The notes beneath the pieces were generated by a model. That model ran no database searches. It was not told the origin of the DNA and saw only the letters and a list, made by a program, of their open reading frames with translations. A stretch of 62,469 nt of DNA from Victivallales bacterium (GTDB taxonomy: Bacteria; Verrucomicrobiota; Lentisphaeria; Victivallales; UBA1829), in NCBI GenBank assembly GCA_045639325.1, contig JAZUCU010000023.1, positions 1 to 62,469 of the forward strand, given 5' to 3'. Below, piece by piece: positions 20,626-32,314 of the stretch; the first letter of the stretch is position 1, and each line of letters starts with the position of its first letter. Position numbers and translations under genes: made by a program.

Positions 20626-21603
20626 ATGATAAGAATGAGTGATATAGCAGAAAAAGCGGGCGTCAGCAGAACAACAGTCTCTTTCGTGCTGAGCGGGCGT
20701 TATAAGCAGGATTTGAAAATATCAGAACCTATTGTCAAAAGAGTTCTGGAAACAGCCGAACAGATGGGCTATGTGAAAAACGAAATAGCCAATGCCGTCG
20801 TGACCGGGAAAAGCCGCGTGATCGCAATATTGTCTTATTTTGACGACTATATGATGCCGACGATTCGCGGCTGTATGGAGGAAGCACAGGAATACGGCTG
20901 TATCATCAAACTGATCTCTCTGAAGAACGGATTCAATGAAGCGATCCGCAAAGCACTGGAATTCCGTGTCGGCGGCATATTCGCTCTCAGTCAGCCGGAA
21001 TCGAAAAAAGAAATCGATCCGAAATATCTCCGTACTGGCATCCCATCCATCGGATTGAAAGAAAATACCGGTAGAATGGCTTTCGATCAAACGGCAAGTG
21101 CCATGCTCGGGACGGAACATCTGATAGAAAAAGGTCATAAAAAAATCCTCTTCCTCGGGTGCGAAAATGTGATCGCGCTCGAACGCGAAAACGGATACCG
21201 GAATGTAATGCAAAACCATGGTTTGCAAATGGATGTCATTCGCATGGCAGATAAAGATGCCCCTCTCGATCCTGCGGTTTTCGACCGGATACTGTGCGAA
21301 ATCAAGCCCGATGCCATTCAATGCTTCAGCGATTTGCTCGCATTCAAAATCATGCGGGAATGTTATAAACGCAGACTCTTTCTTCCGGAAACCTTTTCCC
21401 TGCTGGGATTCGGGCATACTCCCGCAAGCCGGGAAACCGCCCCACGCCTCACAACCATTGACGAACCGTATTTTGAAACAGGAAAAATCATGTTCCACCA
21501 GATTTATGATTTGATCGAACATGGTACGTATAAAGAACATATTCCGTTGACAGGATCTCTGATTCCCGGAGAAACTGTCGCAGATAAAAAAGAAAACAAT
21601 TAA
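20626..21603 (+). CDS. LacI-family transcriptional regulator
   Basis: N-terminal HTH (MSDIAEKAGVSRTTVSFVLSG) and a PBP1 sugar-binding domain. Confidence 0.75.
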   Translation: MIRMSDIAEKAGVSRTTVSFVLSGRYKQDLKISEPIVKRVLETAEQMGYVKNEIANAVVTGKSRVIAILSYFDDYMMPTIRGCMEEAQEYGCIIKLISLKNGFNEAIRKALEFRVGGIFALSQPESKKEIDPKYLRTGIPSIGLKENTGRMAFDQTASAMLGTEHLIEKGHKKILFLGCENVIALERENGYRNVMQNHGLQMDVIRMADKDAPLDPAVFDRILCEIKPDAIQCFSDLLAFKIMRECYKRRLFLPETFSLLGFGHTPASRETAPRLTTIDEPYFETGKIMFHQIYDLIEHGTYKEHIPLTGSLIPGETVADKKENN

Positions 21604-21618
21604 AATCAGGAGTCAGCA

Positions 21619-22293
21619 ATGAGTTACAGTACAAGAAAACAGCAGTTCACATTGATCGAGTTGTTGGTTGTGATCGCCATCATCGCCATCCTGGCAGCAA
21701 TGCTTCTGCCGGCACTCAACAGCGTGAAAGATCAGGGCAAATTGAGTTCCTGTCTCAGCAATAACAAGCAGTGTATCATGGCAAACATTTCCTATTCCCT
21801 CGACTGCAACGATTTTCTTGTGCCGAATACCCCCAGCGGATATTGGCAGTTTTTAGGACACCTGAAATTGTCTGGCGATGGTTATACATACAGTAACCTG
21901 GGACATCTTTATGAATCCGGTCATTTGAAAAACGGTAATGTCATGAAGTGCCCTGCCGCCACATACTCCGGCAGTGAATTGAATAAAAAAGATGTGGAAC
22001 CCCGAGAATACGGCTTTTGGTACTTCCTGGATGCCGGTTGGGGATCCGGAACAAGTGACAGAACACGGTTCTATAAAAGAGTGAAAGACTGCAAAATCAA
22101 AATCATTGCTTCAGACGTCCCGACATATGGTACCGGGGGAAATGACAAACGTTCCTCCCACAAAGAACGTTACAACGTCCAATTTGTCGATGGCTCTGTT
22201 CAAACCAAACGGGTACCGCGCTCCTTTATTGCGCAAACAAATCCGACTTCTCAAGCCAACGTCAAAAAGATTTACGAATATCTCGAAAAATAA
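21619..22293 (+). CDS. Prepilin-type N-terminal cleavage/methylation domain protein (DUF1559-like)
   Basis: [26 protein letters not shown] ... VQFVDGSV. Confidence 0.7.
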   Translation: MSYSTRKQQFTLIELLVVIAIIAILAAMLLPALNSVKDQGKLSSCLSNNKQCIMANISYSLDCNDFLVPNTPSGYWQFLGHLKLSGDGYTYSNLGHLYESGHLKNGNVMKCPAATYSGSELNKKDVEPREYGFWYFLDAGWGSGTSDRTRFYKRVKDCKIKIIASDVPTYGTGGNDKRSSHKERYNVQFVDGSVQTKRVPRSFIAQTNPTSQANVKKIYEYLEK

Positions 22294-22313
22294 TTGAAAC
22301 CAGGGTTTTTAAC

Positions 22314-23252
22314 ATGAAATATCTCCATCCTATCCGGATATTTGCCGCAGCAGTATGCGTGTTTTCCTGTTCCGCATTTGCTCAGGGAGTCACAATTCCG
22401 GCAGAAGCCGTCAAACAATACGGTTTGAAACTTGAAAACATCGAGTTCAAAGTAAAAGGGTTGAAAAAAACGTATCATTTTGTCCATATCACGGACCTTC
22501 ATGTTATGCCCGATGATATGTCTGAAGTGCGTAAAGACCGTCAGAAAATTTTTGAACACCGCCGCGATATCCGGTTCGCCAACCCGAAAACCAAGTTGAA
22601 ACCAAGCATCCTTTGGAAAAAATTACCGGATTTGCTCAATCCATCCGGCGCAGATGCCATCTTCTTCGGCGCCGATCTCTGCGATTTCGGTTCAATAAAA
22701 ACCTATGATACTTTGATCCCCGTTTTCAAACAATTCAAAATCCCCTTCATCTACCTGCGTACAAGCCATGATATTTCCACCTGGATCCTTACCGTACGGA
22801 ATCAGAAAGAGGTTAATGAACGTTCCAAATTGATCGATGGACATCCCGATCTGCCGGTCATTGAATACGATGACCTTCTCATCATCGGTTGGGATAACAA
22901 TGAATACAACATCAAAAAAGGAACCCTTGAGAAATTCAAAAAATATTACGCAAAAGGAAAACCGATCCTGTTTGTGATCCACGTCCCCATCACCATCCCA
23001 GGTGACGGCAGTCAGGAATCCATGAATAAAATCGGAATCAAACACGTATGGAACAATAAAAATATCCGCCCGAACCAATACACTAAGGAATTGTTTGAAC
23101 TGGTAACACGGAAAGATTCTCCCGTAATCGGGATCGTCGGCGGTCATGTGCATCGTACCTGGGATGGTTTGGTGAACGGACAAATCCGTCAACACATTTT
23201 CAGCCCCGCATTTGAAGGCAATATCGGAATTATCACAATCAAACCGGAGTAA
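22314..23252 (+). CDS. Secreted calcineurin-like metallophosphoesterase
   Basis: Signal peptide. Motifs HITDLH, GADLCD and GGHVH. Confidence 0.55.
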   Translation: MKYLHPIRIFAAAVCVFSCSAFAQGVTIPAEAVKQYGLKLENIEFKVKGLKKTYHFVHITDLHVMPDDMSEVRKDRQKIFEHRRDIRFANPKTKLKPSILWKKLPDLLNPSGADAIFFGADLCDFGSIKTYDTLIPVFKQFKIPFIYLRTSHDISTWILTVRNQKEVNERSKLIDGHPDLPVIEYDDLLIIGWDNNEYNIKKGTLEKFKKYYAKGKPILFVIHVPITIPGDGSQESMNKIGIKHVWNNKNIRPNQYTKELFELVTRKDSPVIGIVGGHVHRTWDGLVNGQIRQHIFSPAFEGNIGIITIKPE

Positions 23253-23262
23253 TCATACGATC

Positions 23263-25077
23263 ATGAGCAAGACAACGATCAAATTGTGTGATACTTTTCT
23301 GTATCCACGTCAGGAACTGGGCAGAAGTTCCACCATTCCCGCATCCCTGGCTCGCTGCGAAGAAACCGGCAGACTGAAAGCCTTTACCCTGCAATGGAAA
23401 GAAGGTGATCCCGATCAACCGCACATCTATTGGGATTCCGATGTGGCTAAAGTATTGGAAGGTATGGCATACACCACCGCTCTGTTTCAGGATAAGGATT
23501 TGGAAAAACAACTTGATCATCTGGTGGAACTGGTGCTTTCCGCTCAACAGCCCGATGGCTATCTGAACACGCATTTTACCGTTGTCGAACCGGAAAACCG
23601 GTGGAAAAATCTCTTCGATTGGCATGAATTATATTGCGCCGGACATTTGATCGAAGCTGCGGTAGCAAGATACGAATCCCTCGGAAAACGGGATTTCCTC
23701 GATGCCATGTGCAAATATGCCGACCTGATCTGGAATGTATTCGGACCTGACGGCAAACAAGGATATCCCGGACACGAAGAACTGGAATTGGCATTGATCA
23801 AACTCTACCGTGTGACCGGAAATAAAAAGTATCTGGATCTTTCCAAACTCTTTATCGAACGGCGCGGTACAGAACCCAATTATTATCTTCAGGAAGATTC
23901 CCCGGATGTACCATACCGCGATCTGCGCAACCGACAGGCGCATACCCCTGTCCGTCAACAACATGAAGCCACCGGTCATGCCGTCCGTGCTGTCTATCTT
24001 TACGCCGGAATGGCAGATGCCGCTTTTGAAACCGGCGATACGGAATTGATGGATCTTTGCGATGAACTTTTTGATGATATTACCACAAAGAAAATGTATA
24101 TCACCGGAGGAATCGGTTGCCGGATCCCCGGCGAAGGATTGGGATCCGCTTACGAATTGCCGTTAAACCGGGCGTATGCAGAAAGTTGTGCTGCAATGGG
24201 CTTGGTACAGTTTGCCGCACGCATGTTGAAATATCGGGGCAATGTCAAATATGCCGATATCATCGAACGGTTGATTTGCAATGGTGCGATCAGCGGACTT
24301 TCTCTTTCCGGAGACCACTTTTTCTACGCAAATCCTCACGCCTGTGATAAAGAATTCCGTTCTCTTTTCCATTGGGCAAGAACCCGTCAACCATGGCATA
24401 ATACAAGCTGCTGTCCCACCAGTTACTGCCGTTTCCTGCCACAACTTGGTAATTTCTGTTATCGGGCAAAAGACAACGATTTATACATTGATATTGCCGC
24501 TTCCGCTGAAATCGAAACGGAGCAATATAAAGTCAAAATCACATCCGGTTGGCCCTGGAACGGCAATGTAACGGTTGAAGTCATCCGCGGTTCCGTCAAT
24601 CTCCATATCCGGATCCCCGATTGGTGCAATGGCAACTGTAAAATTTCCGGAACAGGTTCAGAACAGCAACGGTATTGGCACAGTAAAGATGCCCTTTCCG
24701 CTGGAGAAAAAATCAAAATCGATTTTGAACTGAAATCCGCACTCCTTTATCCCGATTGCCGGATCCCATCCTCCAGAGGAAAAGCTGCCATCCGACGCGG
24801 CCCCATGATCTATTGTGTGGAATCACCGGACTGTGAAGGTTTTGCCCCCGGCGAACTCTCCATCTCCCCAACCTCCACCTGGCTGGAATCCTCATGCGAT
24901 GCCTTACCGGCAGGAACAGTTGTTCTGACCGGAGAAGGGTATGCGGAATTGCCGGGCAAAGATTTGTATTCCACGGCCCCCCCCGCATTCCGTCCGGTAA
25001 CCTATCGCGCAGTCCCCTATGCTCTCTGGCAGAACCGGGGCAAAGCAGAAATGGAAATATTTCTTACACTGAAATAA
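23263..25077 (+). CDS. GH127 (DUF1680) beta-L-arabinofuranosidase-like
   Basis: Internal ATG of ORF 23212-25077. Motifs HELYCAGHLIEAA and HNTSCCPTSYCRF (GH127 Cys cluster). Confidence 0.8.
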   Translation: MSKTTIKLCDTFLYPRQELGRSSTIPASLARCEETGRLKAFTLQWKEGDPDQPHIYWDSDVAKVLEGMAYTTALFQDKDLEKQLDHLVELVLSAQQPDGYLNTHFTVVEPENRWKNLFDWHELYCAGHLIEAAVARYESLGKRDFLDAMCKYADLIWNVFGPDGKQGYPGHEELELALIKLYRVTGNKKYLDLSKLFIERRGTEPNYYLQEDSPDVPYRDLRNRQAHTPVRQQHEATGHAVRAVYLYAGMADAAFETGDTELMDLCDELFDDITTKKMYITGGIGCRIPGEGLGSAYELPLNRAYAESCAAMGLVQFAARMLKYRGNVKYADIIERLICNGAISGLSLSGDHFFYANPHACDKEFRSLFHWARTRQPWHNTSCCPTSYCRFLPQLGNFCYRAKDNDLYIDIAASAEIETEQYKVKITSGWPWNGNVTVEVIRGSVNLHIRIPDWCNGNCKISGTGSEQQRYWHSKDALSAGEKIKIDFELKSALLYPDCRIPSSRGKAAIRRGPMIYCVESPDCEGFAPGELSISPTSTWLESSCDALPAGTVVLTGEGYAELPGKDLYSTAPPAFRPVTYRAVPYALWQNRGKAEMEIFLTLK

Positions 25078-25092
25078 TATCAAAGGTGAATC

Positions 25093-28000
25093 ATGAAAAC
25101 GTTACTCTCCACATGTTTATTGCTTGCCGCTCTGCTTCCGTTATCCGCAAAGGAAACTCCGAATCTTCTTTCTCCGGAATGTGCCACGCTGGAAACCAAT
25201 GTGATTCCCAAAGAAATCATCTGTGCATGGAGTAAAAAAGCTGTACAGCTCACCGATCAGGAAAGTTACCGGGGCGAAAAATCCCTGGAATTGGAATACG
25301 GTCCGACAAAGCTCACTGGTATTTTTGTCCCTGTCCCCGGCGGTCCGTTCAAGAAAGGGGAAAAGTTCGCCTTTTCACTCTATATCAAAGCAGAAAAAAA
25401 ATGCACCCCGCGGATCAGCATGTTCCCCGTCTCTCAAGCCGGAACTATGAAAAAACTCCCCTGGGGGAAAATGACGATCCGGCAGATCCCCGGTGATAAA
25501 TGGATGCAGCTCAGCGTTTCTGACACGCTTCCCGCCGATGCCGCCGGTTTGTATCTCTGTATGAACCTTTATCATTATACCGGAAAAGTCTGGATCGATG
25601 AAATCAAAGTTCAGCACGGGTTGAAAGCCAATTCTGAACCGCCCGGAAGAATCACCACGGCAAAACGGATCGTTCCGGCGTTTACCGTACCGATCTCAAA
25701 AACATTGAAATCTCTGGATGACCCCGGATGGAAAACCGTTCCGGTCAGTAAATCTTATATTCCCCACACAAAAATTGATAAAAGTGAAAAATCACCCACT
25801 CATCTGCAAGTGGCATCGGACCGGGATTATCTTTATTTCCGTATACGCGCCATGGCAGAGAATCTGGCAAAAGCCGTCTGTAAATCCACCTGGCAGACAA
25901 CCGATTGGAACGACGAACGTATTGAAATCTTTTTCTCGCCCGGCTTGGGTAAAAATCTGAAATTCGGTTATATCACGACCAATCCCGATGGAATCTATCA
26001 TACCAGTTTCGGTAACCGTTTTACAAAGAAGGATATTCAGGTGAAGCGTTATGCGGACCGCTTTGAAGCCTATTTCCGCATAAAAAAAGAATGGTGCGGT
26101 ACCAATGGCGCAACCGGCCATTTCTGGCAAATGAATGCAGGAAGATTCCACCGCATCGGTAAACATTTTACCAGTTCTTTATACCCGTTCAAAAAGCACC
26201 CTATGGATGGTATGCGTCCTTTCCTTTTTGTCAACGGTAAAACGCTCCCCTCTGCCCGACTGCTGGATGTCGGCAATATGGATCCGGCGGTCAATGAATT
26301 CGGCGGCAATTGTTTGCTCTTTGAGTTTACAGAAAAAGTTCCGGCAGATTTATACTTGCTTACCGGGAAAGGAAAAAAAATCGAACCGCGGATAGAGAAA
26401 AATAACTTCCGTGTCAAATTCTATTACGAAATGGAAGATAAAAACTTTTCCTACCGTCTGTTTTCCGGAAAAACACTCCTTTCTCATGGAAACTTTTCTG
26501 CCGATTTATATAAACAAATCAGTTCCGATTACATCAAACCGGTGGAAAACCCCGTTTATTCTCCGCTCCCCGATAACAAGCAGACGTTTGAACGGAATAT
26601 GATGACTTGGGACTTCATGTTCAATCAGAAGGAATTCCGTTGCATTCTCCGTGCTGCAGCTCCTTATTCCCATGATTTTATCATGAAACAGCTGAAAGAT
26701 GCCAATATCAGCCTGCTCACTCATAACATCAGGGATCTGCTGCCGAAAATGAATTTGAAAAAAATCTATAATGGCAAATTCTGGATCCCCGGGGATGAAC
26801 CAACTCCGGAACAATTGGCAGATCTCGTTTCCAAAAAGAAACTGCCTCCCGTTGCTCATTACAGTTATTCCATTATCACCGGAAAAAATCCTGACGGCAC
26901 CCCCGGATACAGCCGGGATGCAAGCGGGCTGCGCGGTTTTCTGATCGACCCGGTCAATGCAGCGGCATACATGGAATACAGTGAAAAATATGCAGAATTA
27001 TGCGGCAAATACACAAGAATCTTTTTTCCGTCAGATGAATTGATTGCCTGTGAACTCGCATTTACAAACAGCAGTTACAATAAACCCCATAATCAGAAAA
27101 ACTCTTCCGCTATCACACAAAAACTGGAAAAAACAGTCAAAGAAAAATACGGAAAAGGCAAATACGGATTGTATTTCAATATCCGCCCGGCAGATAAAAA
27201 TTATCCATGGTGCAAACTTGCCACGGTCAAAGCATATAATGAAGAATTGACTCAAATGCTGATCAAAACACGTGATAAAGTAAAAAAACATGCCCCCAAT
27301 ATGTTTTTCCTTTCGGAAGACTCCTATAAACCTGCTGAACACATGATCTGTAACTGGAAACGGTATGCCGATTGCGGTACCATTCAAGTCGGGGAAGGTG
27401 ACCGCAACGTGGGAAATGATTACTTCCCATGGCAAATGTACCGCACAAAACTGGCAAAAGATTTGTGCCGCATGGATAAAATGATCGTCGTTCCCCATGC
27501 GCCTGTCGATGGTTTCCCCTCCGGTTCACTCTCCGCATCCGGCAGACTGGAATCGTATAATCAACTGATTCGCGGCGGTGCGACCGGTTTCCATTTCTGG
27601 CCGGCTTCCATGGGGGGCGGTTCCGGTGTCCCGCTCCAGAGTTATTCCATTTTTATCAGCGATCCGGAAGCCTGGCATGATATGATCGAAGTAACAAAAA
27701 TGTTCAATCATCTGCCGGATTTGAAATTCCCGCAAACAAAAGATGTGGGAATCCTGTATTCGGAAGCAACTGAAATCGTTTATGACAAATCAAAACGGAT
27801 GGAAGGGGCGTTCAATCTGTTCGGCGTTCAGAATCACGGATGGCCCGTCTTCTTCAGCGAAACGTTGGTGGAAAGAGGCGAAATAAAATTGAATGAGTTC
27901 AAAAAAATCGTCATCGCTCACGCCGCGGTCTCATCCGTTCAAACACTGAATGCCTTAAAGAATTTTCTGGAACAGGGTGGTACAGCGATCATTCTGGATC

Positions 28001-28926
28001 CGTTATTTGCGCAGAATGATCATTGGGGCGAATCTCTCAAAACAAAATGGGAAACGCTGTCCGGCATCCGTACCGGTGCCACGTATCAGGGGAATATTTC
28101 TTTCTACGGCAAAACATTCCCCGCTCCCAAAAATTCGTTCCTGCTGGCTTCCTATCCGGAAAATGCTCAAGTCATCGCGAAAACTTCTGACGGAAAAGCC
28201 ATTGCTGTCAAAGTCCGCAAAGGTAAAGGTTCGATCATTTTCACCGGATTCCCCGCTACCGATTATACCTTGACGAATCACCCGCAATATGCTGCCGCTT
28301 TCGCACATCTCCGTAAAGCTGAAGGCATTAAAGGCGGATATGATATCTGGCGTTTCTCCCTGCCGGAAATCCCGCAGAAACGCCATGTCCTCTCAGGAAA
28401 TGCCGTTTGCCTGACTGGAAATCATGCCGTGTGGAAAAAATGTTTCTTCTATGCCGCTGAAAAAAATAACGCAGAGGAAAATTATACCGTCACCCGGAAT
28501 GGTAAAGTCATTACCCGGCTCACAGACCGGCTGGATAATTTCCGCACGCCGGATGATTTCCGCAAAGGACCGGAAAACGATCTCAGAGTCGAAAATTTTG
28601 CACCCGGAAAATATAAACTGACCGTCAAATTTACCAAACCGGTAACAGCCGATACAATCGCGTTGTTTGTGAATGATTCCGTACCGGAAATCAAATATTC
28701 TGCCGATGGTAAATTCCTTGGCACAACAAAAGCATTCACCACAGGAAAAATGGATTTGATCAAGCAGGATTTCCGGTTCAAACGCGGCAAATATACCTCT
28801 TTCCAACTGGAATTTACCATCCCTGCCGGAAAGAATTTCCTTTGCGCAGAATTGGAAATATGGAAAAAAGACAAGGCAGATATCGAGCCGGAAAGTTTAC
28901 TCCATATCTGCCATTCTGTCCAATAA
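25093..28926 (+). CDS. Very large secreted CAZyme-like protein (CBM-like N-terminus, GH42-like middle domain)
   Basis: 1277 aa. Signal peptide MKTLLSTCLLLAALLPLSA. Segment KIVIAHAAVSSVQTLNALKNFLEQGGTAIIL resembles the GH42 trimerisation domain. Confidence 0.35.
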   Translation: MKTLLSTCLLLAALLPLSAKETPNLLSPECATLETNVIPKEIICAWSKKAVQLTDQESYRGEKSLELEYGPTKLTGIFVPVPGGPFKKGEKFAFSLYIKAEKKCTPRISMFPVSQAGTMKKLPWGKMTIRQIPGDKWMQLSVSDTLPADAAGLYLCMNLYHYTGKVWIDEIKVQHGLKANSEPPGRITTAKRIVPAFTVPISKTLKSLDDPGWKTVPVSKSYIPHTKIDKSEKSPTHLQVASDRDYLYFRIRAMAENLAKAVCKSTWQTTDWNDERIEIFFSPGLGKNLKFGYITTNPDGIYHTSFGNRFTKKDIQVKRYADRFEAYFRIKKEWCGTNGATGHFWQMNAGRFHRIGKHFTSSLYPFKKHPMDGMRPFLFVNGKTLPSARLLDVGNMDPAVNEFGGNCLLFEFTEKVPADLYLLTGKGKKIEPRIEKNNFRVKFYYEMEDKNFSYRLFSGKTLLSHGNFSADLYKQISSDYIKPVENPVYSPLPDNKQTFERNMMTWDFMFNQKEFRCILRAAAPYSHDFIMKQLKDANISLLTHNIRDLLPKMNLKKIYNGKFWIPGDEPTPEQLADLVSKKKLPPVAHYSYSIITGKNPDGTPGYSRDASGLRGFLIDPVNAAAYMEYSEKYAELCGKYTRIFFPSDELIACELAFTNSSYNKPHNQKNSSAITQKLEKTVKEKYGKGKYGLYFNIRPADKNYPWCKLATVKAYNEELTQMLIKTRDKVKKHAPNMFFLSEDSYKPAEHMICNWKRYADCGTIQVGEGDRNVGNDYFPWQMYRTKLAKDLCRMDKMIVVPHAPVDGFPSGSLSASGRLESYNQLIRGGATGFHFWPASMGGGSGVPLQSYSIFISDPEAWHDMIEVTKMFNHLPDLKFPQTKDVGILYSEATEIVYDKSKRMEGAFNLFGVQNHGWPVFFSETLVERGEIKLNEFKKIVIAHAAVSSVQTLNALKNFLEQGGTAIILDPLFAQNDHWGESLKTKWETLSGIRTGATYQGNISFYGKTFPAPKNSFLLASYPENAQVIAKTSDGKAIAVKVRKGKGSIIFTGFPATDYTLTNHPQYAAAFAHLRKAEGIKGGYDIWRFSLPEIPQKRHVLSGNAVCLTGNHAVWKKCFFYAAEKNNAEENYTVTRNGKVITRLTDRLDNFRTPDDFRKGPENDLRVENFAPGKYKLTVKFTKPVTADTIALFVNDSVPEIKYSADGKFLGTTKAFTTGKMDLIKQDFRFKRGKYTSFQLEFTIPAGKNFLCAELEIWKKDKADIEPESLLHICHSVQ

Positions 28927-28955
28927 ATTCAGGATGTATTCAAGCCTGCCGGTTA

Positions 28956-31391
28956 TTACAGAAATTCCGATTCCGGAAGATTTCTTCCATACAACCGGAT
29001 TTCACGGATGTCTCCGTAAAAATAATCGCAGGTTTTGAATAACGTCCGGAAGAGTGAACCGATCGACATGTGATTCATTGCCCCATGATAGGATATCGGT
29101 ACGGCGGATGCCTGTGCTTCCAATTTCCCGTTGAGATAAAGTTTGAGCTTCTTCAGATCATAAACCACGGCAATCTTATACCATTCTCCGGCTTGCAACT
29201 TTGTCTTGGAATATATGTTTGCTCCATTCCGGGATGCTTTCAATCTGCCATCCGGTTCAACCTGCACATTGATCTGTTTGTAAAATGTTCCCAGAACCCC
29301 CATTTTTGTCCCGATCCGGCTGGGGCGTATGCTGATTTCATAAGTGAATGCCCCGGGGAAGGCTGTACCCCCCATAACCAATATATATTCCTTGCCCTGA
29401 TACTTCAGATAGCCTTTCCCATCTTTGTCACGGGCAAAAACAGGATCCCGCATCGGCGCAACTGCGCCATTGTGATAATGATAATACCCCGTATAGCCAA
29501 GATGCCCGCCGCCGTATCCGGTTCCATTCAATCTGCCGTTGTGCATATATCCCGCACGATCGACCAGCAACGCACCGTCATCCCGATTACAGGGATAATA
29601 AAAATACGGAACTGCGGCTTTTTCCACTTCCACCTCTTTTATGACCTTGTTGGAAAGAATCGGCATCTTTACATACCCCTGCCGACGGTTGTTTGTCACC
29701 CAGATCGGAAGCGTCTGATAACGGTTGCCCGCACTGTTTTCCAATTCCATGTGATACCAGTTGAGCGCATCAGCAGGTGATGGAATCAGTATGGAACGGG
29801 TCAAATTCATATCGCCCTGCTTATTCTGATTCCTGTAATGTTCCAACCCGTTACGCATAATACGCACAGTTCCGCCGCCATGACGGGCTGTTTTCCCCCT
29901 GACCGGTTTGACAAATGCCGTAAATGTCGCAATGCCATCATCCTGCCAAAGCGCAGTCCCTCCCGCTTTTGTTTCATTGAGATACCATTCTTCTTTTGCA
30001 ACGTTACAGATCAACGCATTCTTTGTAGAACGCGCCCAGAACATCCAGTAAGAGCGGATGGAAGGACTGATCAACGTCATGGGATTATAATTCATTTTAT
30101 AATCCTTTCCGTTCCATTTATACCGGAGACGCGGCACGATACCCCGTTCCTTTGAAAAATCTTCGGAAGGTACGGAAAATTCTGCAACAGAAAGATTCGT
30201 CAGATCCATTTCCTTTTCCGGGAAAGTATGAAGAACTTTTCCGGCAGTATTGCAAATATCCAGTGTCAAAGTCACTTTTTTATGTTCAGACTCGATCGGA
30301 AAGCCGATTACCTCAAAATCCAGCTTCTGACGCCCGATCTGTATGGATGCGTAATTGGTAACGACCAATTCAGGCGTTTTCTCCTTCCGGAAAGGTTCCG
30401 AACGCCAGTCAGCAATCCGTTTTTCCGCATAGCGGAGCAGAAAATCCTCCCGTTCATAACAAGGCAGAATCAAGGAATTCTCATAATGATCAAAGAAATT
30501 TGTCATGACAATGGAATCCGGTTTTGCCGCCATGACACTGTCAAAAGATTTCCGCCATTTCAGCGAGAGTTTTGTCGGCGTCCCGCCAAAATGAAAATGA
30601 TTGCTGTAAGTATTCTGACAGCTCAATTCCAGGATTTTATGAGGATATTCTTTGTGCATCAGTTCAGAGAGCCATTTATCATGGATCTGCTGACTGGTGG
30701 AGGAATAATTCCCATACTGGCTGACACCGTCAAAGTAAGGAATATAACGTTTGACCCATGCAGCACCTTTGACAGGATCGGAATCTGCAAGTGGAGAACG
30801 GCAGGTATTCAGGAGCCAGATAAATTTTCCACATTTTTTTTCTACTGCCGGAATCACTTTCCCCCATTCTTCCGGTTTGAAATAGCCAGGAGTATAAACG
30901 GAAATAACAGGCACACCATTCACACGGAAAATCGAGGGACTGCTTTTGAATTCCTCTTTCAGCATGTCAAGCTGTCTGACCGTTGCATCAATTTCCTTTT
31001 GCAGATTCTTGGGCCCTTTTGCATAATATACCAGAAAAATGGAAAATTTTGTATCAACCTTCAGCTTTTGAGCCTGTTTCATCATTTCTTTCATGAGATT
31101 GGCAAAGCCGGGTGCAGGAACATGTAATTCCACCTGCCAGTTCAATCTGCCATACTTATAACTGTCAGCAGCAGCACTTCCCCACTGTTCTGCAGCATAA
31201 TGTTTTTTCCTGGCATAATTGGGACCGCCGGAATCATCAACCCGCTCTTTGGCTGGAAACCACCACGGATTGACCTGTGTCCAAACGGTTCCCTTATAAG
31301 GGCTTTTATCAAACTTCGGGCGATAATCAGGGGCTGCCGCAAATCCGGAACAGCAGACTGCAAACAAAATAAAAATCAATACGTTTTTCAT
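28956..31391 (-). CDS. Secreted glycoside-hydrolase-like protein with C-terminal LamG/concanavalin-like domain
   Basis: 811 aa with a signal peptide. C-terminal LamG pattern (LKLYLNGKLEAQ...). 24 bp downstream of a prepilin-like gene. Confidence 0.35.
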   Translation of the reverse strand: MKNVLIFILFAVCCSGFAAAPDYRPKFDKSPYKGTVWTQVNPWWFPAKERVDDSGGPNYARKKHYAAEQWGSAAADSYKYGRLNWQVELHVPAPGFANLMKEMMKQAQKLKVDTKFSIFLVYYAKGPKNLQKEIDATVRQLDMLKEEFKSSPSIFRVNGVPVISVYTPGYFKPEEWGKVIPAVEKKCGKFIWLLNTCRSPLADSDPVKGAAWVKRYIPYFDGVSQYGNYSSTSQQIHDKWLSELMHKEYPHKILELSCQNTYSNHFHFGGTPTKLSLKWRKSFDSVMAAKPDSIVMTNFFDHYENSLILPCYEREDFLLRYAEKRIADWRSEPFRKEKTPELVVTNYASIQIGRQKLDFEVIGFPIESEHKKVTLTLDICNTAGKVLHTFPEKEMDLTNLSVAEFSVPSEDFSKERGIVPRLRYKWNGKDYKMNYNPMTLISPSIRSYWMFWARSTKNALICNVAKEEWYLNETKAGGTALWQDDGIATFTAFVKPVRGKTARHGGGTVRIMRNGLEHYRNQNKQGDMNLTRSILIPSPADALNWYHMELENSAGNRYQTLPIWVTNNRRQGYVKMPILSNKVIKEVEVEKAAVPYFYYPCNRDDGALLVDRAGYMHNGRLNGTGYGGGHLGYTGYYHYHNGAVAPMRDPVFARDKDGKGYLKYQGKEYILVMGGTAFPGAFTYEISIRPSRIGTKMGVLGTFYKQINVQVEPDGRLKASRNGANIYSKTKLQAGEWYKIAVVYDLKKLKLYLNGKLEAQASAVPISYHGAMNHMSIGSLFRTLFKTCDYFYGDIREIRLYGRNLPESEFL

Positions 31392-31415
31392 GCCGATAAC
31401 ATCCTTTCCGTTTGA

Positions 31416-32144
31416 TTATCTTGCAACTTTCAACCATTCATCACGCCCAATCGGCAGAACAGCCGGTGTATGGGTCTTTGCCTGAATCGGGGCGGCAAGG
31501 CGATATTCCACATGACCATCCACCATCAACATCTGTGTATGAGTCCTGGAGTGATACAAACCGAAACTCCACATGGTATTCAATGCCGTATTAGCATAGC
31601 ATTGATGCGCTACAGGATAACGCCAGGTCGTGTTCTGCGCAACTCCGGCTATCGGATAATTGGCATATTCCGCTGCATAATAGATCTGACTGGCTTTCTT
31701 CAATCGGCTGATGTTAACGCCCACTCGTGAAACCGGTATGTTGTACAGTGCGCCATTGATTCCGTAACTGGTGGACTCCCACGAAGCATAAGCAGGCGAG
31801 CCATCCGTACCTGCCCTTTTTTTGTGAGACGGACAAAGAAATACTTTCATACCCTTTTTATATCCTTCGGTTCCCGAATCAACTCCTCCTGTATAAAGTG
31901 CCAGTTTTGCATTCCATGCGTGCTGCACCAACGCCGTCGATTGGGAAAACATCGGAGCATATCCACCGTTATCTCCCGTATACAGATTCATCGCCATGCC
32001 AACCTGTTTCAGATTGGATGTGCAACTCGCCTTGCGACCTGTTTCCCGGGTCTTGTTCAATGCCGGCATCAACATCGCTGCCAGAATGGCGATGATGGAG
32101 ATAACTACCAGCAATTCGATCAACGTAAAGCTTCTCTGTTTCAT
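31416..32144 (-). CDS. Prepilin-type N-terminal cleavage/methylation domain protein (DUF1559-like)
   Basis: [29 protein letters not shown] ... LMVDGHVEY. Confidence 0.7.
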   Translation of the reverse strand: MKQRSFTLIELLVVISIIAILAAMLMPALNKTRETGRKASCTSNLKQVGMAMNLYTGDNGGYAPMFSQSTALVQHAWNAKLALYTGGVDSGTEGYKKGMKVFLCPSHKKRAGTDGSPAYASWESTSYGINGALYNIPVSRVGVNISRLKKASQIYYAAEYANYPIAGVAQNTTWRYPVAHQCYANTALNTMWSFGLYHSRTHTQMLMVDGHVEYRLAAPIQAKTHTPAVLPIGRDEWLKVAR

Positions 32145-32314
32145 GATTCTCTCCTGTTTGTTTATTAAAGTTGTGTTACAACTATTTTATTATCTAAATG
32201 TACTATATAATTGCAAATATGTTTTTTCAATTATTTTTATTGTTTTTTTAGAAAAATACTTGTAATACAAGTTTTGCACGGTATATTATTCCCGCTGACT
32301 TATGGAGATGAACA

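Noticed and set aside
20722-21540. 272-aa ORF antisense to the LacI-family gene
   Set aside because: Shadow ORF. The sense-strand product has a clear HTH plus PBP domain.
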